DNA from: the human T2T-CHM13v2.0 reference genome, Homo sapiens
Assembly (NCBI RefSeq): GCF_009914755.1
Contig: NC_060937.1
Length of the DNA stretch: 64,000 nucleotides
Direction: 5' to 3' (one strand)
In this document: one piece after another, positions 45,101-60,800 of the stretch
How the letters are laid out: each line of letters opens with the position of its first letter
Position numbering within the stretch: position 1 is the stretch's first letter
The notes under the pieces: generated by a model
What the model was told of the DNA's origin: nothing
Seen by the model: the letters and a program-made list of their open reading frames with translations, nothing else
Databases searched by the model: none
Program-made: the position numbers and the translations under genes

Positions 45101-48100
45101 AAAATATCAAGGTACCCAAACTATACATTATATACTGTACATAAAATATGAAATTACATCAAATATATATTATATTAGGTACATAAAATATGAAAGTACA
45201 TCAAATATAGATTATATACTGTACATAAAATATCAAAGTACCCAAATATATATCATATACTGTACATGAAATATCAAAGTTCACAAACTATATATTATAT
45301 ACTGTACATAAAATATCAAAGTGCCCAAACTATACATTATATACTGTACATAAAAGATGAAATTACATCAAATATATATTATATTAGGTATGTAAAATAT
45401 GAAAGTACATCAAATATAGATTAGATAGTGTAAATAAAACACCAAAGTACCCCAAATATATATTTTATACTGTTCATGAAATATCAAAGTTCTCAAACTA
45501 TATATTATATACTGCACCTAAAATATCAAAGTACCCAAGGTATATATTCCATAATGTACAAAAAATATCAAAGTACCCAAAGCATATATTATATGCTGTA
45601 CATAAAATATGAAAGTACATCAAATATATATTTTATGCTGTACATAAAATATCAAAGTACACCAAATATATTCTATACTGTACATTAAAATATCAAGGTA
45701 CCCAAACAATACATTATATACTGTACATAAAATATGAAATTACATCAAATATATATTATATTAGGTACATAAAATATGAAAGTACATCAAATATAGATTA
45801 TATACTGTACATAAAATATCAAAGTACCCAAATAAATATCATATACTATACATGAAATATCAAAGTTCACAAAGTATATATTATATACTGTACATAAAAT
45901 ATCAAAGTACCCAAACTATACATTATATACTGTACATAAAATATGAAATTACATCAAATATATATTATATTAGGTATGTAAAATATGAAAGTACATCAAA
46001 TATAGATTATATACTGTACATAAAATACCAAAGTACCCCAAATATATATTTTATACTGTACATGAAATATCAAAGTTCTCAAACTATATATTATATACTG
46101 CACCTAAAATATCAAAGTACCCAAGGTATATATTCCATACTGTACAAAAAATATCAAAGTACCCAAAGCATATATTATATGCTGTACATAAAATATCAAA
46201 GTACATGAAATATATATTTTATTCTCTACATAAAATATCAAAGTACACCAAATATATATTCTATACTGTACAGAAAATATCAAGGTACCCAAGCTATACA
46301 TTATATACTGTACATAAAATATGAAATTACATCAAATATATATTATATTAGGTACATAAAATATGAAAGTACATCAATTATAGATTATATACTGTACATA
46401 AAATATCAAAGTACCCAAATATATATCATATACTGTACATGAAATATCAAAGTTCACAAACTATATATTATATACTGTACATAAAATATAAAAGTACCCA
46501 AACTATACATTATATACTGTACATAAACTATGAAATTACACCAAATATATATTATATTAGGTATGTAAAATATGAAAGTACATCAAATATAGATTATATA
46601 CTGTACATAAAATACCAAAGTACCCCAAATATATATTTTATACTGTACATGAAATATCAAAGTTCTCAAACTATATATTATATACTGCACATAAAATATC
46701 AAAGTACCCAAGGTATATATTCCATACTGTACAAAAAATATCAAAGTACCCAAAGCATATATTATATGCTGTACATAAAATATGAAAGTACATGAAATAT
46801 ATATTTTATTCTCTACATAAAATATCAAAGTACACCAAATATACATTCTATACTGTACATAAAATATAAAGGTACCCAAACTATACATTATATACTGTAC
46901 ATAAAATATGAAATTACATCAAATATATATTATATTAGGTACATAAAATATGAAAGTACATCAAATATAGATTATATACTGTACATAAAATATCAAAGTA
47001 CCCAAATATATATCATATACTGTACATGAAATATCAAAGTTCACAAACTATATATTATATACTGCACATAAAATATCAAAGTACCCAAGGTATATATTCC
47101 ACACTGTACAAAAAATATCAAAGTACCGAAAGCATATATTATATGCTGTACATAAAATATGAAACTACATCTAATATATATTATATTAGGTACATAAAAT
47201 ATGAAAGTACATCAAATATAGATTATATACTGTACATAAAATATCAAAGTACCCAAATATATATCATATACTGTACATGAAATATCAAAGTTCACAAACT
47301 ATATATTATACACTGTACATAAAATATCAAAGTACCCAAACTATACTTTATATAATCTACATAAAATATGAAATTACATCAAATATATATTTTATTAAGT
47401 ATGTAAAATATGAAAGTACATCAAATATAGATTATATACTGTACATAAAATACCAAAGTACCCCAAATATGTATTTTATACTGTACATGAAATATCAAAT
47501 TTCTCAAACTATATATTATATACTGCACATAAAATATCAAAGTACCCAAGGTATATATTCCATACTGTACAAAAAATATCAAAGTACCCATAGCATATAT
47601 TATATGCTGTACATAAAATATGAAAGTACATCAAATATATATTTTATTCTGTACATAAAATATCAAAGTACACCAAATATATATTCTATACTGTACATAA
47701 AATATCAAGGTACCCAAACTATACATTATATACTGTACATAAGATATGAAATTACATCAAATATATATTATATTAGGTACATAAAATATGAAAGTACATC
47801 AAATATAGCTTATATACTGTACATAAAATATCAAAGTACCCAAATATATATCATATACTGTACATGAAATATCAAAGTTCACAAACTATATATTATATCC
47901 TGTACATAAAATATCAAAGTACCCAAACTATACATTATATACTGTACATAAAAGATGAAATTACATCAAATATATATTATATTAGTTATGTAAAATATGA
48001 AAGTACATCAAATATAGATTATATACTGTACATAAAATACCAAAGTACCCCAAATATATATTATATACTGTACATGAAATATCAAAGTTCTCAAACTATA

Positions 48101-51100
48101 TATTATATACTGCACATAAAATATCAAAGTACCCAAGGTATATATTCCATACTGTACAAAAAATATCAAAGTACCCAAAGCATATATTATATGCTGTACA
48201 TATAACATGAAAGTACATCAAATATATATTTTATTCTGTACATAAAATATCAAAGTACACCAAATATATATTCTATACTGTACATAAAATATCAAGGTAC
48301 CCAAACTATACATTATATACTGTACATAAAATATGAAATTACATCAAATATATATTATATTAGGTACATAAAATATGAAAGTACATCAAATATAGATTAT
48401 ATACTGTACATAAAATCTCAAAGTACCCAAATATATATCATATACTGTACATGATATATCAAAGTTCACAAACTATATATTATATACTGTACATAAAATA
48501 TCAAAGTACCCAAACTATACATTATATACTGTACATAAAATATGAAATTACATCAAATATATATTTTATTAGGTATGTAAAATATGAAAGTACATCAAAT
48601 AGAGATTATATACTGTACATAAAATACCAAAGTACCCCAAATATACATTTTATACTGTACATGAAATATCAAAGTTCTCAAACTATGTATTATATACTGC
48701 ACATAAAATATCAAAGTACCCAAGGTATATATTCCATACTGTACAAAAAATATCAAAGTACCCAAAGCATATATAATATGCTGTACATAAAATATGAAAG
48801 TACATGAAATATATATTTTATTCTCTACATAAAATATCAAAGTACACCAAATATATATTCTATACTGTACAAAAAATATCAAGGTACCCAAACTATACAT
48901 TATATACTGTACATAAAATATGAAATTACATCAAATATATATTATATTAGGTACATATAATAAGAAAGTACATCAAATATAGATTATATACTGTACATAA
49001 AATATCAAAGTACCCAAATATATATCATACAGTGTACATGAAATATCAAAGTTCACAAACTATATATTATATACTGTACATAAAATATCAAAGTACCCAA
49101 ACTATACATTATATACTGTACATAAATATGAATTTACATCAAATATATATTTTATTAGGTATGTAAAATATGAAAGTACATCAAATATAGATTATATACT
49201 GTACATAAAATACCAAAGTACCCCAAATATATATTTTATACTGTACATGAAATATCAAAGTTCTCAAACTATATATTATATAGTGCACATAAAATATCAA
49301 AGTACCCAAGGTATATATTCCATACTGTACAAAAATTATCAAAGTACCCAAAGCATATATTATATGCTGTACATAAAATATGAAAGTACATCAAATATAT
49401 ATTTTATTCTCTACATAAAATATCAAAGTACACCAAATATATATTCTATATGGTACATAAAATATAAAGGTACCCAAACTATACATTATATACTGTAGAT
49501 AAGATATGAAATTACATCAAATATATATTATATTAGGTACATAAAATATGAAAGTACATCAAATATAGATTATATACTGTACATAAAATATCAAAGTACC
49601 CAAATATATATCATATACTGTACATGAAATATCAAAGTTCACAAACTATATATTATATACTGTACATAAAATATCAAAGTACCCAAACTATACATTATAT
49701 ACTGTACATAAAATCTGAAATTACATCAAATATATATTAAATTAGGTATGTAAAATATGAAAGTACATCAAATATAGATTATATACTGTACATAAAATAC
49801 CAAAGTACGCCAAATATATATTCTATACTGTACATGAAATATCAAAGTTCTCAAACTATATATTATATAGTGCACATAAAATATCAAAGTACCCAAGGTA
49901 TATATTCCATACTGTACAAAAAATATCAAAGTACCCAAAGCATATATTATATGCTGTACATAAAATATGAAAGTACATCAAATATATATTTTATTCTGTA
50001 CATAAAATATCAAAGTACACCAAATATATATTCTATCCTGTACATAAAATATCAAGATACCCAAACTATAAATTATATACTGTACATAATATATGAAATT
50101 ACATCAAATATATATTATATTAGGTACATAAAATATGAAAGTACATCAAATATAGCTTATATACTGTACATAAAATATCAAAGTACCCAAATATATATCA
50201 TATACTGTACATGAAATATCAAAGTTCACAAACTATATATTATATACTGTACATAAAATATCAAAGTACCCAAACTATAAATTATATACTGTACATAAAA
50301 GATGAAATTACATCAAATATATATTATATTAGGTATGTAAAATATGAAAGTACATCAAATATAGATTATATACTGTACATAAAATACCAAAGTACCCCAA
50401 ATATATATTTTATACTGTACATGAAATATCAAAGTTCTCAAACTATATATTATATACTGCACATAAAATATCAAAGTACCCAAGGTATATATTCCATACT
50501 GTACAAAAAATATCAAAGTACCCAAAGCATATATTATATGCTGTACATAAAATATGAAAGTACATCAAATATATATTTTATTCTGTACATAAAATATCAA
50601 AGTACACCAAATATATATTCTATACTGTAGATAAAATATCAAGGTACCCAAACTATACATTATATACTGTACATAAAATATGAAATTACATCAAATATAT
50701 ATTATATTAGGTACATAAAATATGAAAGTACATCAAATATAGATTATATACTGTACATAAAATCTCAAAGTACCCAAATATATATCATATACTGTACATG
50801 AAATATCAAAGTTCACAAACTATATATTATATACTGTACATAAAATATCAAAGTACCCAAACTATACATTATATACTGTACATAAAATATGAAATTACAA
50901 CAAATATATATTTTATTAGGTATGTAAAATATGAAAGTACATCAAATATAGATTATATACTGTACATAAAATACCAAACTACCCCAAATATACATTTTAT
51001 ACTGTACATGAAATATCAAAGTTCTCAAACTATATATTATATACTGCACATAAAATATCAAAGTACCCAAGGTATATATTCCATACTGTACAAAAAATAT

Positions 51101-51870
51101 CAAAGTACCCAAAGCATATATAATATGCTGTACATAAAATATGAAAGTACATGAAATATATATTATATTCTCTACATAAAATATCAAAGTACACCCAATA
51201 TATATTCTATACTGTACATAAAATATCAAGGTACCCAAACTATACATTATATACTGTACATAAAATATGAAATTACATCAAATATATATTATATTAGGTA
51301 CATATAATAAGAAAGTACATCAAATATAGATTATATACTGTACATAAAATATCAAAGTACCCAAATATATATCATATACTGTACATGAAATATCAAAGTT
51401 CACAAACTATATATTATATACTGTACATAAAATATCAAAGTACCCAAACTATACAATATATACTGTACATAAAATCTGAAATTACATCAAATATATATTA
51501 TATTAAGTATGTAAAATATGAAAGTACATCAAATATAGATTATATACTGTACATAAAATACCGAAGTACGCCAAATATATATTCTATACTGTACATGAAA
51601 TATCAAAGTTCTCAAACTATATATTATATAGTGCACATAAAATATCAAACTACCCAAGGTATATATTCCATACTGTACAAAAAATATCAAAGTACCCAAA
51701 GCATATATTATATGCTGTACATAAAATATGAAAGTACATCAAATATATATTTTATTCTGTACATAAAATATCAAAGTACACCAAATATATATTCTATACT
51801 GTACATAAAATATCAAGGTACCCAAACTATACATTATATACTGTACATAATATATGAAATTACATCAAAT
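15151..51870 (+). repeat. 587-bp 14-mer HOR, main block with structural variants
   Basis: Regular 585-587-bp steps from 19400 to 34070 and over most of 43506-51385, with the same diagnostic monomers as the first sub-block. Structural variants of 755, 1091, 1007, 545 and 251 bp are interspersed. Confidence 0.93.
15961..19399 (+). repeat. 755-bp 18-mer and 587-bp 14-mer units forming a 1342-bp super-repeat
   Basis: Unit starts at 15961, 16716, 17471, 18058, 18813 and 19400 (steps 755, 755, 587, 755, 587). The private AATAAA in CTGTAAATAAAA recurs at 16548, 17890 and 19232 (1342-bp steps). Confidence 0.88.
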
Positions 51871-54800
51871 ATATACTATATTAGGTACATAAAATATGAA
51901 AGTACATGAAATATAGATTATATACTGTACATAAAATACCAAATAACCCCAAATATATATTATATACTGTACATGAAATATCAAAGTCCACAAACTATAT
52001 ATTATATACTGTACATAAAATATCAAAGTACCCAAAGTATATATTCTATACTGTACAAAAAATATCAAAGTACCCAAAACATGTATTATATACTGTTCAT
52101 AACATATGAAAGTACATCAAATATATATTTAATTCTGTACATAAAATATCAAAGTACACCAAATATATATTCTATAGTGTACATAAAATATCAAAGTACC
52201 CAAACTATACATTATATACTGTACATAAAATATGAAATTACATCAAATATATATTACATTAGGTACATAAAATATGAAAGTACGTCAAATATAGATTATA
52301 TACTGTACATAAAATATCAAATTACCACAAATATATATTATATACTGTACATGAAATATCAAAGTTCACAAACTATATATTATATACTGTACATAAAATA
52401 TCAAAGTACCCAAGGTATATATTCTATACTGTAGAAAAAATATAAAAGTACCCAAAGCATGTATTATATACTGTACATAAAATATGAAAGTACATCAAAT
52501 ATATATTTTATTCTGTACATAAAATATCAAAGTACACCAAATATATATTCTATAGTGTACATAAAATATCAAAATACCCAAACTATACATTATATACTGT
52601 ACATAAAATATGAAATTACATCAAATATATATTATAATAGGTACATAAAATATGAAAGTACATCAAATATAAATTATATACTGTACATAAAATACCAAAG
52701 AGCCCCAAATATATATTATATACTGTACATGAAATATCAAAGTTCACGAACTATATATTATATACTGTACATAAAATATCAAAGTACCCAAGGTATATAT
52801 TCTATACTGTACAAAAAATATCATAGTACCCAAAGCATGTATTATATACTGTTCATAACATATGAAATTACATCAAATATATATTTTATTCTGTACATAA
52901 AGTATCAGAGTACACCAAATATATATTCTATAGTGTACATAAAATATCAAAGTACCCAAACAATACATTATATACTGTACATAAAATATGAAATTACATC
53001 AAATATATATTACATTAGGTTCATAAAATATGAAAGTACATCAAATATAGATTATATACTGTACATAAAATACCAAAGAACCCCAAATATATATTATATA
53101 CTGTACATGAAATATCAAAGTTCACACACTATATATTATATACTGTACATAAAATATCAAAGTACCCAAGGTATATATTCTATACTGTACAAAAAATATC
53201 AAAGTACCCAAAGCATGTATTATATACTGTTCATAAAATATGAAAGTACATCAAATATATATTTTATTCTGTACATAAAATATCAAAGTACACTAAATAT
53301 ATATTCTATAGTGTACATTAAATATCAAAGTACCCAAACTATACATTATATACTGTACATAAAATATGAAATTACATCAAATATATATTATATTAGGTAC
53401 ATAAAATATGAAAGTACATCAAATATATATTATATACTGTACATAAAATACCAAAGTACCCCAAATACATATTATATACTGTACATGAAATATCAAATTT
53501 CACAAACTATATATTTTATACTGTACATAAAATATCAAAGTACCCAAGGTATATATTCTATAGTGTACAAAAAATATCAAAGTACCCAAAGGATGTATTA
53601 TATACTGTACATAAAATATGAAAGTACATGAAATATTTATTTTATTCTGTATATAAAATATCAAATTACACCCAATATATATACTATAGTGTACATAAAA
53701 TATCAAAGTACCCAAACTATACATTATATACTGTACATAAAATATGAAATTACATCAAATATATATTATATTAGGTACATAAAATATGAAAGTACATGAA
53801 ATATAGATTATATACTGTACATAAAATACCAAATAACCCCAAATATATATTATATACTGTACATGAAATATCAAAGTTCACAAACTATATATTATATACT
53901 GTACATAAAATATCAAAGTACCCAAGGTATATATTCTATACTGTACAAAAAATATCAAAGTACCCAAAGCATGTATTACATACGGTTCATAAAATATGAA
54001 AGTACATCAAATATATATTTTATTCTGTACATAAAATATCAAAGTACACCAAATATATATTCTATAGTGTACATAAAATATCAAATTACCCAAATTATAC
54101 ATTATATACTGTACATAAAATATGAAATTACATCAAATATATATTATATTAGGTACATAAAATATGAAATTACATCAGATATAAATTATATGCTGTACAT
54201 AAAATATCAAAGTACACCAAATATATATTATATACTGTACATGAAATATCAAAGTCCACAAACTATATATTATATACTGTACATAAAATATCAAAGTACC
54301 CAAAGTATATATTCTATACTGTACAAAAAATATCAAAGTACCCAAAACATGTATTATATACTGTTCATAACATATGAAAGTACATCAAATATATATTTAA
54401 TTCTGTACATAAAATATCAAAGTACACCAAATATATATTCTATAGTGTACATAAAATATCAAAGTACCCAAACTATACATTATATACTGTACATAAAATA
54501 TGAAATTACATCAAATATATATTACATTAGGTACACAAAATATGAAAGTACGTCAAATATCGATTATATACTGTACATAAAAAATCAAATTACCCCAAAT
54601 ATATATTATATACTGTACATGAAATATCAAAGTTCACAAACTATATATTATATACTGTACATAAAATATCAAAGTACCCAAGGTATATATTCTATACTGT
54701 AGAAAAAATATAAAAGTACCCAAAGCATGTATTATATACTGTACATAAAATATGAAAGTACATCAAATATATATTTTATTCTGTACATAAAATATCAAAG

Positions 54801-57800
54801 TACACCAAATATATATTCTATAGTGTACATCAAATATCAAAGTACCCAAACTATACATTATAAACTGTACATAAAATATGAAATTACATCAAATATATAC
54901 TATATTATGTACATAAAATATGAAAGTACATCAAATATAGATTATATAATGTATGTAAAATACCAAAGTACCCCAAATAAATATTTTATACTGTACATGG
55001 AATATCAAAGTTCACAAACTATATATTATATACTGTACATAAAATATCAAAGTACCGAAGGTATATATTCTATACTGTACAAAAAATATCAAAGTACCCA
55101 AAGCATGTATTATATACTGTCATAAAATATGAAAGTACATCAAATATATATTTTATTCTGTACATAAAATATCAAAGTACACCAAATATATATTCTATAG
55201 TGTACATAAAATATGAAAGTACCCAAACTATACATTATATACTGTACATAAAATATGAAAATACATCAAATATATATTATATTAGGTACATAAAATATGA
55301 AAGTACATCAAATATAAATTATATACTGTACATAAAATACCAAAGTACCCCAAATATATATTATATACTGTACATGAAATATCAAAGTTCACAAACTATA
55401 TATTATATACTGTACATAAAATATCAAAGTACCCAAGGTATATATTCTATTCTCTACAAAAAATATCAAAGTACCCAAAGCATGTATTATATACGGTACA
55501 TGAAATATGAAAGTACATCAAATATATATTTAATTCTGTACATAAAATATCAAAGTACACCAAATATATATTCTATAGTGTACATAAAATATCAAAGTAG
55601 CCAAACTATACATTATATACTGTACATAAAATATGAAATTACATCAAATATATATTATATTATGTACATAAAATATGAAAGTACATCAAATATAGATTAT
55701 ATACTGTACATAAAATACCAAAGTACACCAAATATATATTTTATACTGTACATGCAATATCAAAGTTCACAAACTATATATTATATACTGTACATAAAAT
55801 ATCAAAGTACCCAAGGTATATATTCTATACTGTACAAAAAATATCAAAGTACCCAAAGCATGTATTATATACTGTTAATAAAATATGAAAGTACATAAAA
55901 TATATATATTATTCTGTACATAAAATATCAAAGTACACCAATTATATGTTCTATAGTGTACATAAAATATCAAATTACCCAAACTATACATTATATACTG
56001 TACATAAAATATGAAATTACATCAAATATATATTATATTAGGTACATAAAATATGAAAGTACATCAAATATAAATTATATACTGTACATAAAATATCAAA
56101 GTACCTCAAATATATATTATATACTGTACATGAAATATCAAAGTTCACAAACTATATATTATATACAGTACATAAAATATCAAAGTACCCAAGGTATATA
56201 TTCTATACTGTACAAAAAATATAAAAGTACCCAAAACATGTAGTATATACTGTACATAAATATGAAAGTACATCAAATATATATTTTATTCTGTACATAA
56301 AATATCAAAGTACACCAAATATATATTCTATAGTGTACATAAAATATCAAAGTACCCAAACTATACATTATATACTGTACATAAAATATGAAATTACATC
56401 AAATATATATTACATTAGGTACATAAAATGTGAAAGTACATCAAATATAGATTATATACTGTACATAAAATATCAAAGTACCCCAAATATATATTATATA
56501 CTGTACATGAAATATCAAAGTTCACAAACTATATATTATATACTGTACATAAAATATCAAAGTACCCAAGGTATATATTCTATACTGTACAAAAAATATG
56601 AAATTACCCAAAGCATGTATTATATACTGTACATAAAATATGAAAGTATATCAAATAAATATTTTATTCTGTACATAAAACATCAAAGTACACCAAATAT
56701 ATATTCTATAGTGTACATAAGATATCAAAGTACCCAAACTATATATTATATACTGTACATAAAGTATGAAATTACATCAAATATATATTATATTAGGTAC
56801 ATAAAATATGAAAGTACATCAAATATAAATTATATACTGTACATAAAATACCAAATACCCCAAATATATATTATATACTCTACATGAAATATCAAAGTTC
56901 ACAAACTATATATTATATACTGTACATAAAATATCAAATTACCCAAGGTATATATTCTATACTCTACAAAAAATATCAAAGTACCCAAAGCATGTATTAT
57001 ATACGGTACATAAAATATGAAAGTACATCAAATATATATTTAATTCTGTACATAAAATATCAAAGTACACCAAATATATATTCTATAGTGTACATAAAAT
57101 ATCAAAGTACCCAAACTATTCATTATATACTGTACATAAAATATGAAATTACATCAAACATATATTATATTAGGTACATAAAATATGAAAGTACATCAAA
57201 TATAGATTATATACTGTACATAAAATACCAAAGTACCCCAAATACATATTATATACTGTACATGAAATATCAAAGTTCACAAACTATATATTATATACTG
57301 TAAATAAAATATCAAAGTACCCAAGGTATATATTCTATACTGTACAAAAAATATCAAAGTACCCAAAGCAAGTATTATATACTGTACATAAAATATGAAA
57401 GTACATCAAACATATATTTTATTCTGTACATAAAATATCAAAGTACACCAAATATATATTCTATAGTGCACATAAAATATCAAAGTACCCAAAGTATACA
57501 TTATATACTGTACATAAAATATGAAATTACATCAAATATATATTACATTAGGTACATAAAATATGAAAGTACATCAAATATAGATTATATACTGTACATA
57601 AAATACCAAAGTACCCCAAATATATATTATATACTGTACATGCAATATCAAAGTTCACAAACTATATATCATATACTGTACAAAAAATATCAAAGTACCG
57701 AAGGTATATATTCTATACTGTACAAAAAATATGAAAGTACGCAAAGCAAGTATTATATACTGTACATAAAATATGAAAGTACATCAAATATATATTTGGT

Positions 57801-60800
57801 TCTATACATAAAATATCAAAGTAAACCAAATATATATTCTATAGTGTACATAACATATCAAAGTACCCAAACTATACATTATATACTGTACATAAAATAT
57901 GAAATTACATCAAATATATATTATAATAGGTACATAAAATATGAAAGTACATCAAATATAAATTATATACTGTACATAAAATACAAAAGAACCCCAAATA
58001 TATATTATACACTGTAAATGAAATATCAAAGTTCACAAACTATATATTATATACTGTATATAAAATATCAAAGTACCCAAGGTATATATTCTATACTGTA
58101 CAAAAAATATCAAAGTACCCAAAGCATGTATTATATACTGTTCATAAAATATGAAAGTACATCAAATATATATTTTATTCTGTACATAAAATATCAAAGT
58201 ACACCAAATATATATCCTATAGTGTACATTAAATATCAAAGTACACAAACTATACATTATATACTGTACATAAAATATGAAATTACATCAAATATATATT
58301 ATATTAGGTACATAAGATATGAAAGTACATCAAATATAGATTATATACTGTACATAAAATACCAAAGTACCCCAAATACATATTATATACTGTACATGAA
58401 ATATCAAAGTTCACGAACTATATATTATATACTGTACATAAAATATCAAAGTACCCAAGGTATATATTCTATACTGTACAAAAAATACCAAAGTACCCAA
58501 AGCATGTATTATATACTGTTAATAAAATATGAAAGTACATCAAATATATATTTTATTCTGTACATAAAATATCAAAGTACACCAAATATATATTCTATAG
58601 TGTACATAAAATATCAAATTACCCAAACTATACATTATATACTGTACATAAAATATAAAATTACATCAAATATATATTATATTAGGTACATAAAATATGA
58701 AAGTACATCAAATATAAATTATATACTGTACATAAAATATCAAACTACCACAAATATATATTATATACTGTACATGAAATATCAAAGTTCACAAACTATA
58801 TATTATATACTGTACATAAAATATCAAAGTACCCAAGGTATATATTCTATACTGTACAAAAAATATCAAAGTACCCAAAGCATGTATTATATACTGTACA
58901 TAAAATATGAAAGTACATCAAATATATATTTAATTCTGTACATAAAATATCAAAGTACACCAAATATATATTCTATAGTGTACATAAAATATCAAAGTAC
59001 CCAAACTATACATTATATACTGTACATAAAATATGAAATTACATCAAATATATATTATATTAGGTACATAAAATATGAAAGTACATCAAATATAGATTAT
59101 ATACTGTACATAAAATACCAAAGAACCCCAAATATATATTATATACTGTACATGAAATATCAAAGTTCACAAACTATATATTATATACTGTACATAAAAT
59201 ATCAAAGTACCCAAGGTATATATTCTATACTGTACAAAAAATATCAAAGTACCCAAAGCATGTATTATATACTGTTAATAAAATATGAAAGTACATCAAA
59301 TATATATTTTATTCTGTACATAAAATATCAAAGTACACCAAATATATATTCTACAGTGTACATAAAACATCAAATTACCCAAACTATGCATTATATACTG
59401 TACATAAACTATGAAACTACATCAAATATATATTATATTAGGTACATAAAATATGAAAGTACATCAAATATAAATTATATACTGTACATAAAATATCAAA
59501 GTACCTCAAATATATATTATATACTGTACATGAAATATCAAAGTTCACAAACTATATATTATATACTGTACATAAAATATCAAAGTACCCAAGGTATATA
59601 TTCTATACTGTACAAAAAATATAAAAGCACCCAAAACATGTATTATATACTGTACATAAAATATGAAAGTACATCAAATATATATTTTATTCTGTACATA
59701 AAATATTAAAGTACACCAAATATATATTCTATAGTGTACATAAAATATCAAAGTACCCAAACTATACATTATATACTGTACATAAAATATGAAATTACAT
59801 CAAATATATATTATATTAGGTACATAAAATATGAAAGTACATCAAATATAGATTATATACTGTACATAAAATATCAAGGTACGCCAAATATATATTATAT
59901 ACTGTACATGAAATATCAAAGTTCACAAACTATATATTATATACTGTACATAAAATATCAAAGTACCCAAGGTATATAATCTATACTGTACAAAAAATAT
60001 CAAAGTACCCAAAGCATGTATTATATACTGTACATAAAATATGAAAGTACATCAAATAAATATTTTATTCTGTACATAAAATATCAAAGTACACCAAATA
60101 TATATTCTATAGGGTACATAAAATATCAAAGTACCCAAACTATACATTATATACTGTACATAAAATGTGAAATTACATCAAATATATACTATATTATGTA
60201 CATAAAATATGAAAGTACATCAAATATAGATTATATACTGTACATAACATACCAAAGTACCCCAAATAAATATTTTATACTGTACATGCAATATCAAAGT
60301 TCACAAACTATATATCATATACTGTACAAAAAATATCAAAGTACCGAAGGTATATATTCTATACTGTACAAAAAATATCAAAGTACCCAAAGCATGTATT
60401 ATATACTGTACATAAAATATGAAAGTACATCAAATAAATATTTTATTCTGTACAAAAAATATCAAAGTACACCAAATATATATTCTATAGTGTACATAAA
60501 ATATCAAAGTACCCAAACTATACATTATATACTGTACATAAAATGTGAAATTACATCAAATATATACTATATTATGTACATAAAATATGAAAGTACATCA
60601 AATATAGATTATATAATGTATGTAAAATACCAAAGTACCCCAAATAAATATTTTATACTGTACATGGAATATCAAAGTTCACAAACTATATATTATATAC
60701 TGTACATAAAATATCAAAGTACCGAAGGTATATATTCTATACTGTACAAAAAATATCAAAGTACCCAAAGCGTGTATTATATACTGTCATAAAATATGAA

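Noticed and set aside
8248-51909. Operon-like chain of 196-aa ORFs overlapping by ATGA
   Set aside because: It mimics translational coupling but follows mechanically from the 1-bp-short monomer preceding TACATGAAAT once per 587-bp unit.
9566-53724. Recurrent 101-aa hydrophobic minus-strand ORFs
   Set aside because: They appear only where the TCA>TGA satellite variant removes a minus-strand stop. The hydrophobicity reflects T-rich codons.
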